This document shows, in pieces, positions 13,436 through 29,945 of a DNA stretch of 64,000 nt. The notes beneath the pieces are model-generated. The model made no database searches. It saw only the letters and a list, made by a program, of their open reading frames with translations, and was not told the origin of the DNA. Position 1 is the first letter of the stretch; each line of letters starts with the position of its first letter. Source of the stretch: Octopus vulgaris (Eukaryota); NCBI GenBank assembly GCA_951406725.2, contig OX597841.1:5890001-5954000 (forward strand). The letters run 5' to 3'. A program made the position numbers and the translations under genes.

Positions 13436-14022
<587 letters not shown>

Positions 14023-14260
14023 CAAGGCGGCGAGCTGGCAGAGTCGTTAGCACGCCGGGCGAAATTTCGGCTGTTGTTACGTTCTGAGTTCAAATTCTGC
14101 CAAGGTCGACATTGCCTTTCATTCTTTCGGGGTCAAAAAATCAAGTACCAGTTACGCACTGGGGTCGATGTAATCGACTTAATACCTATGTCAGTCCTTG
14201 TTTGTCCCCTCTATGCTTAGCCCCTAGTGGGTAATAAGGAAATAGGCAGATATATATATA

Positions 14261-14672
14261 TACGGGGTGTTTGACAATCTTGATGTCTCCTTTATCAGGA
14301 AGAGTTTGATGTATTGGTGGACAGTCAATGGCTAAGGAGACTATAAAGAAGAAAGTTGTTGTTGACATGGAGGCCTGGAAGCCACCTTGAACGCTGGAAG
14401 AGAGTTAGCTGTGTGATGATGCTTCGCTGATATCCTGACTGCTGCTGAATGCTCCGTGAACGGGATAAAGACTGTGTGATATGACATGGGGCATTATTGC
14501 AACCATGTTCCCCAAGCTGTAATGATCTTCGGGAGTGTGATATGATACCACTCCACACTTTTGAAAATGGCCTTAAACTATAATTCAGACAGCTGTGTGA
14601 AGCTGCTGGATACCATGGTCTATCCTTAGTCGGAGATGGGGGCTGCTGGAAAGTCGTATGTGTGGCAGAAGG
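14261..14672 (+). mobile_element. Highly decayed Tc1/mariner-superfamily transposase remnant
   Basis: Piecewise translation of 14510-14670 gives PQAVMIFGSV / DMIPLHTFENGLKL / NSDSCVKLLDTMVYP*SEMGAAGKSYVWQ, typical of the segment before the second catalytic Asp. It begins at TA-cggggtgtt. Confidence 0.45.
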
Positions 14673-17600
14673 TTTAGTTGTAGCCAGTCGCTAACAAAGT
14701 GATAAGGGTTTTTCATTTCCTGGGATTTGTAAATATGTGGCTCAGTAATATTTCTTTATTACCCATAAGGGTTTACATAGATGGGGACAATACAATGATT
14801 TGGGGTCATGTGGATGAAATGGAACTATTTACAATGAAAGTGAAAGTGAACAGGAACAAACAAACAAAAAGGGACATATGAAGTCAAAAGAACAGGATAG
14901 CCGACCCCACGAGCCCTGTTATTTTAACTGAAACCTTTTGGTAAGGGATCACAGCGTGTTCATGCAAGGCCTTTCACACCTAGCATCCATCTTTTTTTGA
15001 ATCAGTAAGCAAGAAAATATATCCAGGTGCATACACCTGGATTCGTGTTCTGTGTGAACATGGTACGTTATTACTAAGGGTGGATTTATTTTCCGTCTAT
15101 GCACAGTGGTGGACTGGCCGGGTTGCCCAATAGCAAGTGGGCCCCTGCATAATTAGAATCCATATATGGGGACCCATGTTAGTATCCCCTCAAGTTTGAG
15201 AATTTTTTATTCACTCCTGAAAGCATGATTTCAGCCAGGCTGTGTTTGTAGACAGTTGAAAGGAATACTTTTAACAAAGGAAAACAAAAAGGAAAAATTA
15301 ATGGTAGGCACAGGAGTGGCTGTGTGGTAAATAGCTTGCTTACCAAACACATGTTTCCCTGGCACCTTGGGCAAGTGCCTTCTGCTATAGCCCCGAGCCG
15401 ACCAATGCCTTGTGAGTGGATTTGGTAGACGGAAACTGAAAGAAGCCCATCGTATATATATATATAGGTGCAAGCGTGGCTGTGTGGTAAGTAGCTTGCT
15501 AACCAACCACATGTTCCAGGTTCAGTCCCATTACGTGGCACCTTGGGCAAGTGCCTTCTGCTATAGCCCTGGGCTGACCAATGCCTTGTGAGTGGATTAG
15601 GTAGACGGAAACTGAAAGAAGCCTGTCGTATATATGTATACGTATGTGTGTCTGTGTTTGTCTCCCTAGCATTGCTTGACAACTGATGCTGGTGTGTTTA
15701 CATCCCCGTCACGTAGCGGTTCAGTGGAAGAGACCGATAGAATAAGTACTGGGCTTACGAAGAATAAGTCCCGGGGTTGATTTGCTCGACTAAAGGCGGT
15801 GCTCCAGCATGGCCGCAGTCAAATGACTGAAACAGGTAAAAGAGTATACATGTAAACATGTACATCACACAATGCGTGTCGTTACCTACATTGGAGGATG
15901 AGTGAGGTTTGGTGGTACGGTTGCTAGTCCAGTCCCAAACATGCAACATGTAGACAGACTACATGTTGCCAGTAGCTCTCTCGTGACCTGGTTGTGTGTT
16001 GTAGGCATTCATTCGTACTGAACATTTCAGGTGCTCTGGAACCACAGACTTGCATGGAAACCTAGAAATATTAGGAACTGCTAAGAGAGAGCAAAAGAAC
16101 GTGACACACATTTTCCGGATTTGGTCTATTTTCGGATTAGTAGAAATTTCTGAGATATTCCCAAAATATTGCATTTGAACTTCTTTAAATGAATTTAACC
16201 CTTTAGTGTACAGATTATTCTGTCAAATGTGATGTTCCCTAATAGAACTATATTCATAAAAAGTATGGATCTATATTATCACCCTCAAATATAAGAATTA
16301 AACACTCATAACTTTTTTCATGGCCCAGCATTTTGTGTTGATGCAGTAAGTCGGGTAGATATTTCCTTGGATCCCAGAACATCCCGCTGTGCTTGAGGAG
16401 ACCTGTTGAGTCAAGTACATGAACATCGAAATAAATATCAATGGAAATAGTAGATGTGATACCTGTGCCGGTGGCACATAAAAAGCACCATCCGAACGTG
16501 GCCGATGCCAGCGCCGCCTCGACTGGCTTCCGTGCCGGTGGCACATAAAAAGCACCATCCGAACGTGGCCAATGCCAGATTCCCCTGGCATCTTCACTAT
16601 CTCGTCTGGCAGTTTATTCCACGGATCCGCAACCCGGACGGAGAAAGCCCCTCTCCTTTGATTGCGATGAAATCATGGCAGACTGCAATGCAACGCACAT
16701 TACTAAGCAAACAATGTGCTTCGATGCCAAGAAATTTCAAGCACTCCACAATCAGCTCTGAAGAGGATTACATTGAGAAGAGAGAAAAGGGAATACATGT
16801 TGTCCCTGAGGAGAACATCATCATCATCGTTTAACGTCTGTTCTCCATGCTAGCTAATTCGCCTGGATAGCTACAAAGTGTCAATCTAAGAGAGGACCAT
16901 GAGGAAATCCCATGACAATATACCAAGGTGTGCTCAGAGCAAAGGATGAGCGAAATGGCAATGATAAAAGATATGGATGTGTGTGTATGTGTTTGAATGT
17001 ATTCCAAATGTATTCATGTATGTCTGAATGTAGGCACAATTTAGGATGGTCTACCCCTATAATAGGTAATGAAAGATATACAAACAGCTCAACTGAACGC
17101 CACTGCATCGTACCAAACACCTTGTACTTTCCATCTTGGGTAAGAATCCAATACTGCAACGGTTTAGGGTTTCCAGGGCCCACAGCTTTTCAATATCTCG
17201 ACACAAAACCAGAAAGATTTATTAAGCGTAGGGTTGGATGTGCTCTAACGATGTATTCAACTTTTTATCGGAGATACTAAACGAACCCACAGCCTAGAGA
17301 AACACAAAGAAGAGCAGCTTTGTTCATCTAATTGCTTCATCAGAAGCAAATTGACACAGAGGAATAAGAAGCAAGCTGAAATAAACAAGCAAACAAAGAT
17401 CAAAGCCCAGCATCAACAAAGACCTTGGATGCAATTAATAAACGAGAAGCAATCAAACATACATATTTAGGTACATATAAAAACCAAGTCAGCAAGTTTC
17501 AGTGTTGAAGACATATTTATTTAACCACGTCACCTCCACACGATTTCACAATCTTCTTCATGGAGTATATATTTTCAGTATGCAAGAAATTGTGTCTTCC

Positions 17601-18088
17601 TAAAAACCCAGTTACTCTAAAAGATGTTCACCTGGATTTCTCCACCATCTGCTCTCATGATGCTGCACTGCCTCACACGTTTCTCCTCTTTTAGATTTCA
17701 GCTTTAATATCAATGGGCCTCTCGTGTCTGCTACATTCTGCTACACACACAACTATATATATCTGCACATCACTGTTTCCACTCCTCACAATTGTCTAAT
17801 CTAGTGCTTCCTAAAGTGGCAATATTTATGGTTATACAAATTATTTTCTACACAGAATTCTAACGAATACCTGTGCCCAGCAAAACTATGTGTATCCCAG
17901 GTAAGTGCTTACAAAAAGGGTTGGCATCATTAACAATACCTCAAAAAGGAACCCTGATGATTATGAATGTTACCAAGGGTTCATCAGTTACTGACAATAC
18001 CCACAAGGAGAAAGGGTTTTAAAATGTCTGTTGCTGTGTGCTGCAAAGACATTTCATAAATAATACAGAAATCACAGCAAAAAGGCCT

Positions 18089-19369
18089 CTATCCTGTATG
18101 AACACGTTTGTGAGATTTTAAATTATCATTTCGAGAAAATGATTTACCACAGACATCACATTGAAATGGTTTCTCTCCTGTATGAATACGCTTGTGAGAA
18201 GTTAAAGTATCATTTTGAGAAAATGATTTACCACAGACATCACATTGAAATGGTTTCTCTCCTGTATGAATACGCTTGTGAGAAGTTAAAGTATCATTTT
18301 GAGAAAATGATTTACCACAGATATCACATTGAAATGGTTTCTCTCCAGTGTGAATACGTCTGTGTCTAGTTAAATGACTGTTTGTAGGAAATGATTTACC
18401 ACAGATATCACAGTGATACGGCTTTTCTCCTGTATGACTTCGTTTGTGTCCAATTAAAATACTGTTTACAGAGAAAGATTTACCACAGATATCACAGTGA
18501 AATGGTTTCTCTCCTGTGTGAATACGTTCATGTTGAGTTAAATGACTGTTTGTAGGAAATGATTTACCACAGATATCACACGGAAATGGCTTATCTCCTG
18601 TATGAACACGTTTGTGACTAATTAAGGCACTTCTATCAGAGAATGATTTCCCACAGACATCACACTCATATGGTTTCTCACCTGTATGAAGACGTATGTG
18701 TCTAGTTAAACTGTTCTTTTCAGAGAATGATTTACCACAGATATCACAGTGATACGGCTTTTCTCCTGTATGACTTCGTTTGTGTCCAATTAAAATACTG
18801 TTTACAGAGAAAGATTTACCACAGATATCACAGTGAAATGGTTTCTCTCCTGTGTGAACGCTTTTGTGATTAGTTAAGCCACTGCTTTGAGTGAAGGATT
18901 TACCACAAATATCACAGCGAAATGGCTTCTCTCCTGTATGAACACGTTTGTGTACAATTAAGGCACTTCTGTGAGAGAATGATTTACCACAAATATCACA
19001 GCGAAATGGCTTCTCTCCTGTATGAATACTTTTGTGATTAGTTATGCCCTTGTTTTGAGCGAAGGATTTACCACAAATATCACAGCGAAATGGTTTCTCT
19101 CCTGTATGAACACGTTTGTGAATAGTTAAGTCACTGCTTTGTATGAATGATTTACCACAGATATCACAGTGATACGGCTTCTCTCCCATGTGAAGACGCT
19201 TGTGAGTAGTTAACACACTATTTTGAGAGAATGATTTACCACAGACATCACACTGAAACGGTTTTTCTCCTGTGTGAGTACGCTTGTGTCTATCTAAGAA
19301 ATCACTTCTAGTGGTTGATTTACCACAGATATCACAACGATACAATGATTTTTGCATATTTGTCAGCAT
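18089..19369 (-). CDS. C2H2 zinc-finger protein, 426 aa, 15 fingers (duplication unit 1)
   Basis: Tandem C2H2/TGEKP units. The splice acceptor (exon start 19750) lies 381 nt upstream of the ATG, as in the other minus-strand paralogues. Confidence 0.93.
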   Translation of the reverse strand: MLTNMQKSLYRCDICGKSTTRSDFLDRHKRTHTGEKPFQCDVCGKSFSQNSVLTTHKRLHMGEKPYHCDICGKSFIQSSDLTIHKRVHTGEKPFRCDICGKSFAQNKGITNHKSIHTGEKPFRCDICGKSFSHRSALIVHKRVHTGEKPFRCDICGKSFTQSSGLTNHKSVHTGEKPFHCDICGKSFSVNSILIGHKRSHTGEKPYHCDICGKSFSEKNSLTRHIRLHTGEKPYECDVCGKSFSDRSALISHKRVHTGDKPFPCDICGKSFPTNSHLTQHERIHTGEKPFHCDICGKSFSVNSILIGHKRSHTGEKPYHCDICGKSFPTNSHLTRHRRIHTGEKPFQCDICGKSFSQNDTLTSHKRIHTGEKPFQCDVCGKSFSQNDTLTSHKRIHTGEKPFQCDVCGKSFSRNDNLKSHKRVHTG

Positions 19370-20230
19370 TTCTCTGAGGAATCAAAATAGACCCAATCCT
19401 TGGTCTTTCTCACCACATTAAACTTTTACTCCTATCTTTATCCTTCTTTTTATAGTTTATTCCTTACAAATATTTCCACTGCAAACTTCACTGATATCTA
19501 AAGATGCTATAAATTTAGAAAGTCATCAAAGAGTAACGAGAATGCAAAGCATCAGCTAATGAAATAGAAAAATGTTGCTATTAATCTCAGTTCTGAGCAA
19601 ACATTTCATAGAATTTCTACCAAAGATTTATAGAAATAGGCTTAGATGCGTTCTGTGTAAACTTTTCCTCAAGACTTTAAAAGATGAAAAATGTTGAAGA
19701 TGTATTCATTATAAAAGAACATTTCTTTGATGCCAATGTCATCCGTAAATCTGAAATAATAAAGAAACAGAATTAGATAGAGAGGAGAGATCAAAAGAGA
19801 AATGTTACAATATTTCTTTATTAATTAACAAATGACATCATGTAACATTGGGTGAAATGTAAGAATTTGTAAACTACAACTACTCTTTAACATTGTGTAA
19901 CATTACTCATGCATGCACATATATACATATCTATATCTATCTATATACACATATATATATATAAATTTATATATGATGAGTTCAGGTTAGGCAGGGAATA
20001 ATATTTTGATTTTTGGGGGCTTCATTTTTGAGAACTCCCTGAAAAGATGTGGTTAAGGTCACAGAACAATGATATAAACAGTTTTGCAATTTCAATTTTG
20101 GTAACTCCCCAAACCGAAAGGATCCCGCATTTCTGTAGTTATGCCCTAAATTTACTGACAAAATATACATTATTAAACGATTAAAGGACTCAAAAGAAAA
20201 TTACACAAATCGGGTGTCAAAAGGGGAAAT

Positions 20231-21528
20231 GGCGATCTTTCGTCTCTAGTAGACCTTTCCGTCGATTTCCGTAAAATTTTTTTTTTCTTTTACATATGGG
20301 CTTGCGGGAACTTTTGAAGTAATGAGAGCGAAAGAGACTAAGAGAAAGCGATTGTATGACGAGGGAAGTTCTTTTGAAGTTACCGTGCATGGCCAGGCAT
20401 AGTTTCGGTTGTAGTAGCACAGATTTCCGTCGATTTCCGTAAAAAACTTTTATTTTTTTACATAAGTAATGAGAGCGAAAGAGACTAAGAGGAAGCGATT
20501 TTATGACGAGAAGGTTTCACTTCGAAGTCGGCCTGTGTGTGTTTGATGGGGTGTGGGAGACAGACAGTATGTTGTGTAAGTGAAGTGCTTCTGTTAGTGT
20601 GTGCGAAGAGACAGACATACATATACACATACACCGAGTACATACATACATACACACACACACATACATAGATACATACACACACACACATACATACACA
20701 CACACATACTTACACACACACACACACACACATAGATACATACACACATACATGCAGACATACATATACACATACACCGAGTAAAAAATTACACTGAATC
20801 GACCATACATACATACACACATACATAGATACATACACACACACACATACATACATATACACATACACCGAGTAAAAAATTACGATGAATCGGCCATACA
20901 TACATACACACACACATACTTACACACACACACATACATAGATACATGCATACATACATGCATACATACATATACACATACACCGAGTAAAAAATCAGTT
21001 ATCTCTCTCTTTCACACATTACTCTCTCTGTCTCTTCACACACACTAACAGAAGCACTTCACTTACACAACATACTGTCTGTCTCCCACACCCCATCAAA
21101 CGCACACAGGCCGACTTCAAAGTGAAACCTTCTCGTCATAAAATCGCTTCCTCTTAGTCTCTTTCGCTCTCATTACTTATGTAAAAAAATAAAAGTTTTT
21201 TACGGAAATCGACGGAAATCTGCGCTACGACATGCGAAACTTCGCCCATGGCCAGCTTTGATGTATATGTGTGTTTAATGAAGCACTTCACTTACACAAC
21301 ATACTGTCTGTCTCCCACACCCCATCAAACACACACACATGTACATCAATACTTCACCAGGACGGTAACTTCAAAAGAACTTCCCTCGTCATAAAATCGC
21401 TTCCTCTTAGTCTCTTTCGCTCTCATTACTTCAAAAGTTCCCGCAAGCCCATATGTAAAAACAAAGAAGTTTTTTACGGAAATCGACGGAAAGGTCTACT
21501 AGAGACGAAAGATTAACGGGGAGGCGAT
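20231..21528. mobile_element. Fold-back (long inverted repeat) insertion with a CA/TA-rich minisatellite core
   Basis: Absent from units 2-5 (empty site ggggaaatatcgtttac) and flanked by AAT. Inverted arms pair about 20235-20385 with 21360-21513 and about 20420-20600 with 21040-21222. Confidence 0.75.
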
Positions 21529-21718
21529 AATATCGTTTACCAAAAGGAAAGCCGTTGTGAGGGAGGTCTTCCTGCTTGTCTTCAGGAATACTTAAAAAGC
21601 TGACAAATGTCTGTAGATATAGACTAACCTCCTATGGTTCAGTTTCTTGTCTTAGATATCACACACCTCCGTTAACAAGTGTGCAACAAATGCTATGTAG
21701 ATATATTTTGTCACTTAC

Positions 21719-21914
21719 CATTAGAATACTTGTTGATCTGACCGGGATCCTTTCTTGAAATCCACTTTGTTTTTCCCACCATCGATAGTAGAAATGCGCA
21801 CAATATTTGCTACAAAGGGGCATACAAACAATTCGTGCTTTCGGTCTAAGGTCCAAATGAAATATGAAGAAGGGCGAGCAAAGTTCCTCGATTCAAAGCT
21901 TTTTGCCCCCTTTC
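21719..21914 (-). other. Putative non-coding 5'UTR exon of the minus-strand ZNF genes (copies at about 30490-30685, 43568-43763, 57568-57763)
   Basis: On the minus strand it is bounded by ctattttacag| and |gtaagtga consensus splice sites and is conserved in four units. No transcript evidence. Confidence 0.5.
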
Positions 21915-23059
21915 CTGTAAAATAGGGATCAACCAACTAAAGCTGTGATCAAGAGAAATATTAAATCACAAATCATGTAAGTCGCTTCGTGTTATTCATA
22001 GAGATCAACGTTCACCTGAACACGAGGTATTACTACATCTGATCTAATTAGATTCGTCTTAATTAGAAGCACGTGCAGAAGCTGTTGATAATTATTCCCG
22101 CGGTTGAACGACACCGGTGACATATATTAAAAGTCCCCAATATAACACGAAGAGACGTTAAAATTATATTAATTCACACCTTTAATTGCATCTCAGCCAA
22201 GGTAAATGATAAAAACCTCATCCAGCTAAATAGTAATTACGTCTCAACAAGAGTGTCTGCGCATGGTCACTGAACCTGCTAAAAATAGCAGCCAAATATT
22301 TCTGACATCATTACATCTTAGCATTAGAATGCATATAATCGTATGTTTGTTCATTAAACGGACATATGATTAGAAACACAGCAGGTGCTGTTCCCTACGC
22401 CTTTATCAGGGGTCGCCAAACTTTTTCCACCATCGACCCTCAACTATAGCGAAGATCGAAACGGAGCCCTTCCCGGCTTTCAAATTCCTTTTTTGTTTTC
22501 TTTTTCTCCGGAATCCCATGTTTTTAGGCCATGGAAATTTCGATTCTGGAAAAGATTTTTTCAACAATCCCAACATCAAAATTTCAGTCCCATATCCCTT
22601 TCCTTCGTTTTTTTTACTTTTTCCTGAAATAAAGGGGGAAGGGTTCCGTTTACGGCGGGGGTAAAGACGATGGACCACACCCTCTTTCCGACGTTAATTG
22701 GGTTTTGTTTTTACAGGAACCCACGATATCGAGTGCGGAGATTCCAAATCTGCAAAAACAATCTACATTAAAATATTTTTAATCTCCCAAAGCAATTTCT
22801 TAAATTTTCTACTATAAACAAAATTTTTCTGGTGAAATGTGTAGAAAAAAAAGGAGATTACGATTCTGATAAAAAAAACAAAGAAACCGTAAATTCTAAT
22901 TTTTCAAAATATACAAAATAAAAAAAAAAAACCCAAAAAACTGTAAATTTTAATTCTTCAAAATATACAAAATAAAAACAAAAAACCCAATTCCTCCCCT
23001 GACCCATAACAAGATATGAAATGAAAGTGTTTTCTTCTATTAATGTTTCCTGCATGCAT

Positions 23060-25329
23060 CATCATCATCACCATCATCATCATCGTTGGACGGTTCGACC
23101 GGGGTCTGGGAAGCTAGGGGCTGCACCCGGCTCCAGTCTGATCTGGCACAGTTTCTACAGCTGGATGCCCTTCCTAATGCCAACCACTCCGCAAGTGTAG
23201 TGGGTGCTTTTTACATGCCACCTGCACAGGTGCCGGGGGGGGAATTCCGGCATTGGCCACGATCAGTTGAAGCTTTTAACGTGCCATCGACACGGAAGCC
23301 AGCCAAGGCGGCGCTGGCAACAGCCACGTTCGGATGGTGCTTTTTATGTGCCACTGGCACAGAAGCCATTCGAGGCGGTGCTGGCTACGGCCACGTTTGG
23401 ATGGTGCTTTTTATGTGCCACCGGCACAGGTATCACATCAACTATTTCCATTGATATTTATTTCACTGTTCATGTGCTTGACTCAACAGGTCTCCTCAAG
23501 CATAGCCGGACATTCTGGGATCCAGGGTACTTTCAATGAGCAGGGGCTATGCGGAACTGGCGCAGGAAGCAGCCCGGGTCTTTGCAGTCACAGCATATCT
23601 CCAGAGGTCTCGGTCCTTCCCCATTGCCTCAGTGAGGCCCAGCGCTCTGAGGTCATGCTTGACTACCTCATCCCATGTCTTCCTGGGTCTACCTCTACCC
23701 CTGATACCTTCAACTGTTTGGGAGTGGCACTTCTTCACACATCTCTCCTCATCCATCTGCAGCACATGACCATACCATCGCAAGCGTCGCTCTTGCACAC
23801 CACATCTGATGCTTCTTATGTCCAGTATTTCTCTCAGGGTGCTTACACTCTGTCGTGCATGCACACTGACATTACACATCCAGCGGATCATGCTAGCTTC
23901 ATTTCTTTCAAGTCTACGCATGTCCCCTGCAGTCACAGCCCATGTTTCACTACCGTGAAGCATGGCAGTTCGCACACATGCATCATACAATCTACCTTTC
24001 GCTCTGAGTGAGAGACCCTTTGTCACCAGTAGGGGTAGGAGCTTTCTGAACTGTGCCCAGGCTAATCGTATTCTAGTGGTGATACTCTCTGAGTATCCAC
24101 CTCCACTACTAACTTGGTCACCCAGGTAGCGGAAACTATCAACTACTTCTAATTTCTCTCCCTGGAGTGTGATGGAATCTGTTTTCTGAGTGCCTGTGGT
24201 GTCTATTGTCCCTGTCCATCTGCCGCACATGAAAGCTATCTTATCAGTTAATTTCCCTTTGATGTTGCTGCATCTCTTATGCGTCCATAGCTTACATCGG
24301 GTGCATCTTATGGAGTTTCTACTTACACCTTTCCTTCAGATCGAGCAGGGCCACCTGCCCGAGGGTGTGTGTGATGAGTTCGCCTTTTTGCTTACTATAA
24401 CTTTGGTCTTTGCTACATTTACTCTAAGGTCCTTTGATTCTAACCCTTGCTTCCACACTCGAAATTTCTTTTCTAGTTCCGGTAGTGATTCTGCTATGAG
24501 GGCCAGGTCATCAGCATAGAGGAGCTCCCAGGGGCATTCTGTTTTGAATTCCTCTGTTATTGCCTGGAGGACTATCATGAATAAAAGGGGACTTAGGGCT
24601 GAGCCTTGGTGTACACCTACTTCTACCCGGAGTTCTTCACTATATTCTTTGCCAATCCTAGCCTTGCTGACAGCCTCTCTGTATAGAGCCTGTACAGCCC
24701 TTATTAGCCATTCGTCAATCTCCAGTTTCCGCATCGACCACCAGATAAGGGATCGAGGAACCCTGTCAAAGGCTTTCTCCAAGTCCACAAAAGCTATGTA
24801 GAGGGGTTTATCTTTAGCTAGGTACTTCTCCTGCAGTTGTCGGACCAGGAATATAGCATCAGTGGTGCTTCTACCTGGCACAAAACTGAACTGCATCTCA
24901 TCTAAGCAAATTCTCTCCCTAATGAGAAGGGTTATGACCCTCTCTGTGACCTTCATCACCTGATCCAACAGTTTAATACCCCTGTAGTTATTTCTATCTA
25001 GAGCATCACCTTTACCCTTATAGCAGTTGACTATGGTGCTGCTACGCCAGTCAATGGGTATGAATCCATTCAGAACTACCTGGTTTACAATGCGGGTGAC
25101 TAGGCCATAGCCCACATAGCCAGCTGTTTTAAGCATCTCAGCTGTGATTCCTGATGGGCCGGGGGCTTTACCTGGTTTCATATCCTTAATTGCCTTAACT
25201 ACAAGGGAGCTGGTCCCTCTACTGGGTCAACATTTGGCAGGCTCTCCTCCTCCCATTCATTCTCCTCATTCAGCACTCTTTCATAATCGCTTCTCCAAGC
25301 CTCTTTCTTTGTTTTTCACCAACAGTAAA
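23060..25329 (-). mobile_element. 5'-truncated, frameshifted RTE-clade LINE
   Basis: RT motifs (GKAPGPSG, NYRGIKLL, FVDLEKAFDRV, GVHQGSALSPLLF, LLYADDL, FRYLG) and C-terminal RRLRWYGHV...RGRGRPRKTW. The 3'UTR has ~60-bp tandem repeats and a (GAT)n tail. ATGCAT flanks both ends (23054-23059, 25330-25335). An empty site is seen at about 44885. Confidence 0.92.
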
Positions 25330-25339
25330 ATGCATAAAA

Positions 25340-26090
25340 TTATAAAATAGAAGCTGCCCAAAGTGAGAGTCGGGTGGGGTTCAGGTGGTGATGCAGGCTG
25401 TGATGGGAATGGTGAGGAGAATAAGGGGAGCTGGATGAAGAGCCTGCTTTTCCCATTCAATCCCAAGATTAACAACTGCATGATTTTCACTAAGAGAAAA
25501 AAACAAAACTTGGATTTTTGGGGTGGAATCAAGTACCCTGACCTAATAAGATGCTTCACGTCCCTTATATTGGTTTGGAAAACAAGAGGGTAGGGTCACC
25601 CCTTCCCATTTCGGAATCATTGGATATTTTTGCGTTTTTTTTTTTCTTGAATGAATTCCTGTTACCTAATATGCTACAAAACTCTTTTTGGGGTCGGGTG
25701 AGGTGGAAGCCTCAGAAAATTCACCCCACCCTCACTGATCTTTTCACCTGAATGAAAAAAGGGGGGAACGCCCCCAATTTTTTGGTAACCACAATAAGGG
25801 ATTTGCAGCATATTAGGTCAGGGTACTTGATTCCACGCAAAAAAATCCAATTTTTTTTCCTTACTGAAAACTTTGTGGATAAAAAGATCAATGGTGGTGG
25901 GAGTGAACATTCCAAGGCTTCCAGCTCCCTCCATCCCGTTTTTCCGACCCCAAAAAAAGGTTTTGTAGCATATTAGGTCAGAGGAATTCATTCAATGAAA
26001 AAAATAATTTTCCAACGATTCCAAGATGGGGGTGTCCTCCCACTTTTCCAAACCAAAATAAGGGATTTGCAGCATATTTGGAGGTATTTC
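25340..26090. repeat. Unclassified internally repetitive element (copies at about 35505-36270 and 44895-45680; partial at 52740-53030 and 10600-10890)
   Basis: Recurring sub-motifs aataagggatttgcagcatattagg and tttttccttactgaaaact in both orientations. No coding signature. Confidence 0.5.
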
Positions 26091-26149
26091 TTTTATCACA
26101 GCAGCTGGTTGCACCCCACAAGGTTTGATAGAACCTACTGAAGCAATCC

Positions 26150-26500
26150 AGCATCCTCCCAGTATTACTACAGGTGACAGCGAGGCTCAGGTGTTAAGAA
26201 AACCATGCACCCACACGGGCATCACCTGCCAATGTTGACAAGAACTTCATGGATAATGGCCTAGTCCCTCTGAATGTCTCAAACACCACAAGGTGGAAGA
26301 GATAGTTCACTGTCAGGTCCCGATACCTCAGGGTTTTCTTCCATTCGGCTACGGAAGCAGTGACCCTGCCATTAACTGCAGCATCCAGGATGTGAGAAGG
26401 AGCAAAGGAGTAGCAGAGTGTGGCATCCCAAATGAGGCACCTTACCTCTAACCCAGGCACAGATGACAAGACCATCTGGTCTATTTCTACCACTTGTGAG
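26150..26500 (-). mobile_element. Relic restriction-like endonuclease domain of a CRE-like retrotransposon (copies at about 36330-36690 and, partial, 45720-45815)
   Basis: With one frameshift it reads RNRPDGLVICAWVRGK-CLIWDAT...AEWKKTLRYRDL...YLFHLVVFETFRG, the RPDG..W..GK.L.WDAT..K...Y..ET.G signature. Confidence 0.7.
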
Positions 26501-27867
26501 GAACATTTTCAGGATGAGGGGACAGGAGTTTTGGCTAATTCACACATCTTTATTTCCTCATACGTTTTCACAAAGTCTGTGAATTGCCCACCCCTTCTCC
26601 AGGTAGTGTTTACCCCTAACAAATTCCTATATAATTGTAATCTACACAATTTGAAGCATTTAAAAAAAAAATTGTGTGGTAAGTAGCTTGCTTATCAATC
26701 ACATGGTTCCCCGGTTCAGTTCCACTGCTTGGCAACTTTGGAAAGTTTCTTCTACTATAGCCTCTGGCCAGCCGAAGCCTTGTGAGTGGATTTGGATGAC
26801 GGAAACTGTAAGAAGCCCGTTGTATATAGATATATACAGTTTTTAAGGTCTACCCCTAAATTTGGTAATGAAACCTATATAAACACCTGGACTGAACGCC
26901 ACTACATCATACCAAACACCTTGGACTTTCCATCTTGGGTAAGAATCCAATACTGCAACGGTTTAGGGTTTCCAGGGCCCAAAGCTTTTCAATATCTCGA
27001 CACAAAACCAGAAAGATTTATTAAGCGTAGGGTTGGATGTGCTCTAACGATGTATTCAACTTTTTATCTGAGATACTAAACGAACCCACAGCCTAGAGAA
27101 ACACAAAGAAGAGCAGCTTTGTTCATCTAATTGCTTCATCAGAAGCAAATTGACACAGAGGAATAAGAAGCAAGCTGAAATAAACAAGCAAACAAAGATC
27201 AAAGCCCAGCATCAACAAAGACCTTGGATGCAATTAATAAACGAGAAGCAATCAAACATACATATTTAGGTACATATAAAAACCAAGTAAGCAAGTTTCA
27301 GTGTTGAAGACATATTTATTTAACCACGTCACCTCCACACGATTTCACAATCTTCTTCATGGAGTATATATTTTCAGTATGCAAGAAATTGTGTCTTCCT
27401 AAAAACCCAGTTACTCTAAAAGATGTTCACCTGGATTTCTCCACCATCTGCTCTCATGATGCTGCACTGCCTCACACGTTTCTCCTCTTTTAGATTTCAG
27501 CTTTAATATCAATGGGCCTCTCGTGTCTGCTACATTCTGCTACACACACAACTATATTTATCTGCACATCACTGTTTCCACTCCTCACAATTGTCTAATC
27601 TAGTGCTTCCTAAAGTGGCAATATTTATGGTTATACAAATTATTTTCTACACACAATTCTAACAAATACCTGTGCCCAGCAAAACTATGCGTATCCCAGG
27701 TAAGTGCTTACAAAAAGGGTTGGCATCATTAAAAATACCTCAAAAAGGAACCCTGATGATTATGAATGTTACCAAGGGTTCATCAGTTACTGACAATACC
27801 CACAAGGAGAAAGGGTTTTAAAATGTCTGTTGCTGTGAGCTGCAAAGACATTTCATAAAAAATACAG

Positions 27868-29162
<1,295 letters not shown>

Positions 29163-29945
29163 TCAAAATAGACCCAATCCTTGGCCTTTCTCACCACATT
29201 AAACTTTTACTCCTATCTTTATCCTTCTTTTTATAGTTTATTCCTTACAAATATTTCCACTGCAAACTTCACTGATATCTAAAGATGCTATAAATTTAGA
29301 AAGTCATCAAAGAGTAACGAGAATGCAAAGCATCAGCTAATGAAATAGAAAAATGTTGCTATTAATCTCAGTTCTGAGCAAACATTTCATAGAATTTCTA
29401 CCAAAGATTTATAGAAATAGGCTTAGATGCGTTCTGTGTAAACTTTTCCTCAAGACTTTAAAAGATGAAAAATGTTGAAATTGTATTCATTATAAAAGAA
29501 CATTTCTTTGATGCCAATGTCATCCGTAAATCTGAAATGATAAAGAAACAGAATTAGATAGAGAGGAGAGATCAAAAGAGAAATGTTACAATATTTCTTT
29601 ATTAATTAACAAATGACATCATATAACATTGGGTGAAATGTAAGAATTTGTAAACTACAACTACTCTTTAACATTGTGTAACATTACTCATGCATGCACA
29701 TATATACATATCTACATGTATCTACGTATATATATATTGTCAATAAAAATTAAAAAAAGGGGGTAGAATTAATTAATTTCTAAAAAGCTCGGTGTGATAT
29801 GCATTGTCTGGGAGACATTTTCTTGCAGTTGAAGAAATAGCCAAATTTTTGGCTGCTATTTCTAAAAAGCTCGGTGTGTGGTAAAGTAAATTATTTTACT
29901 TTACCCTATTTTCATAAATTTTTATAAAATACCTATATATATATA

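Noticed and set aside
21576-22130. Short ORFs conserved in several units (MSSGILKK..., MDLRSKAR..., MVDPYFTG...)
   Set aside because: Conservation only reflects recent segmental duplication. They use non-ATG starts, overlap on both strands, and are disrupted in some copies.
22427-22460. Isolated hAT-like termini (caggggtcgccaaact here; also about 3600-3628, 15104, 63500)
   Set aside because: No matching second end or 8-bp TSD could be found by eye.
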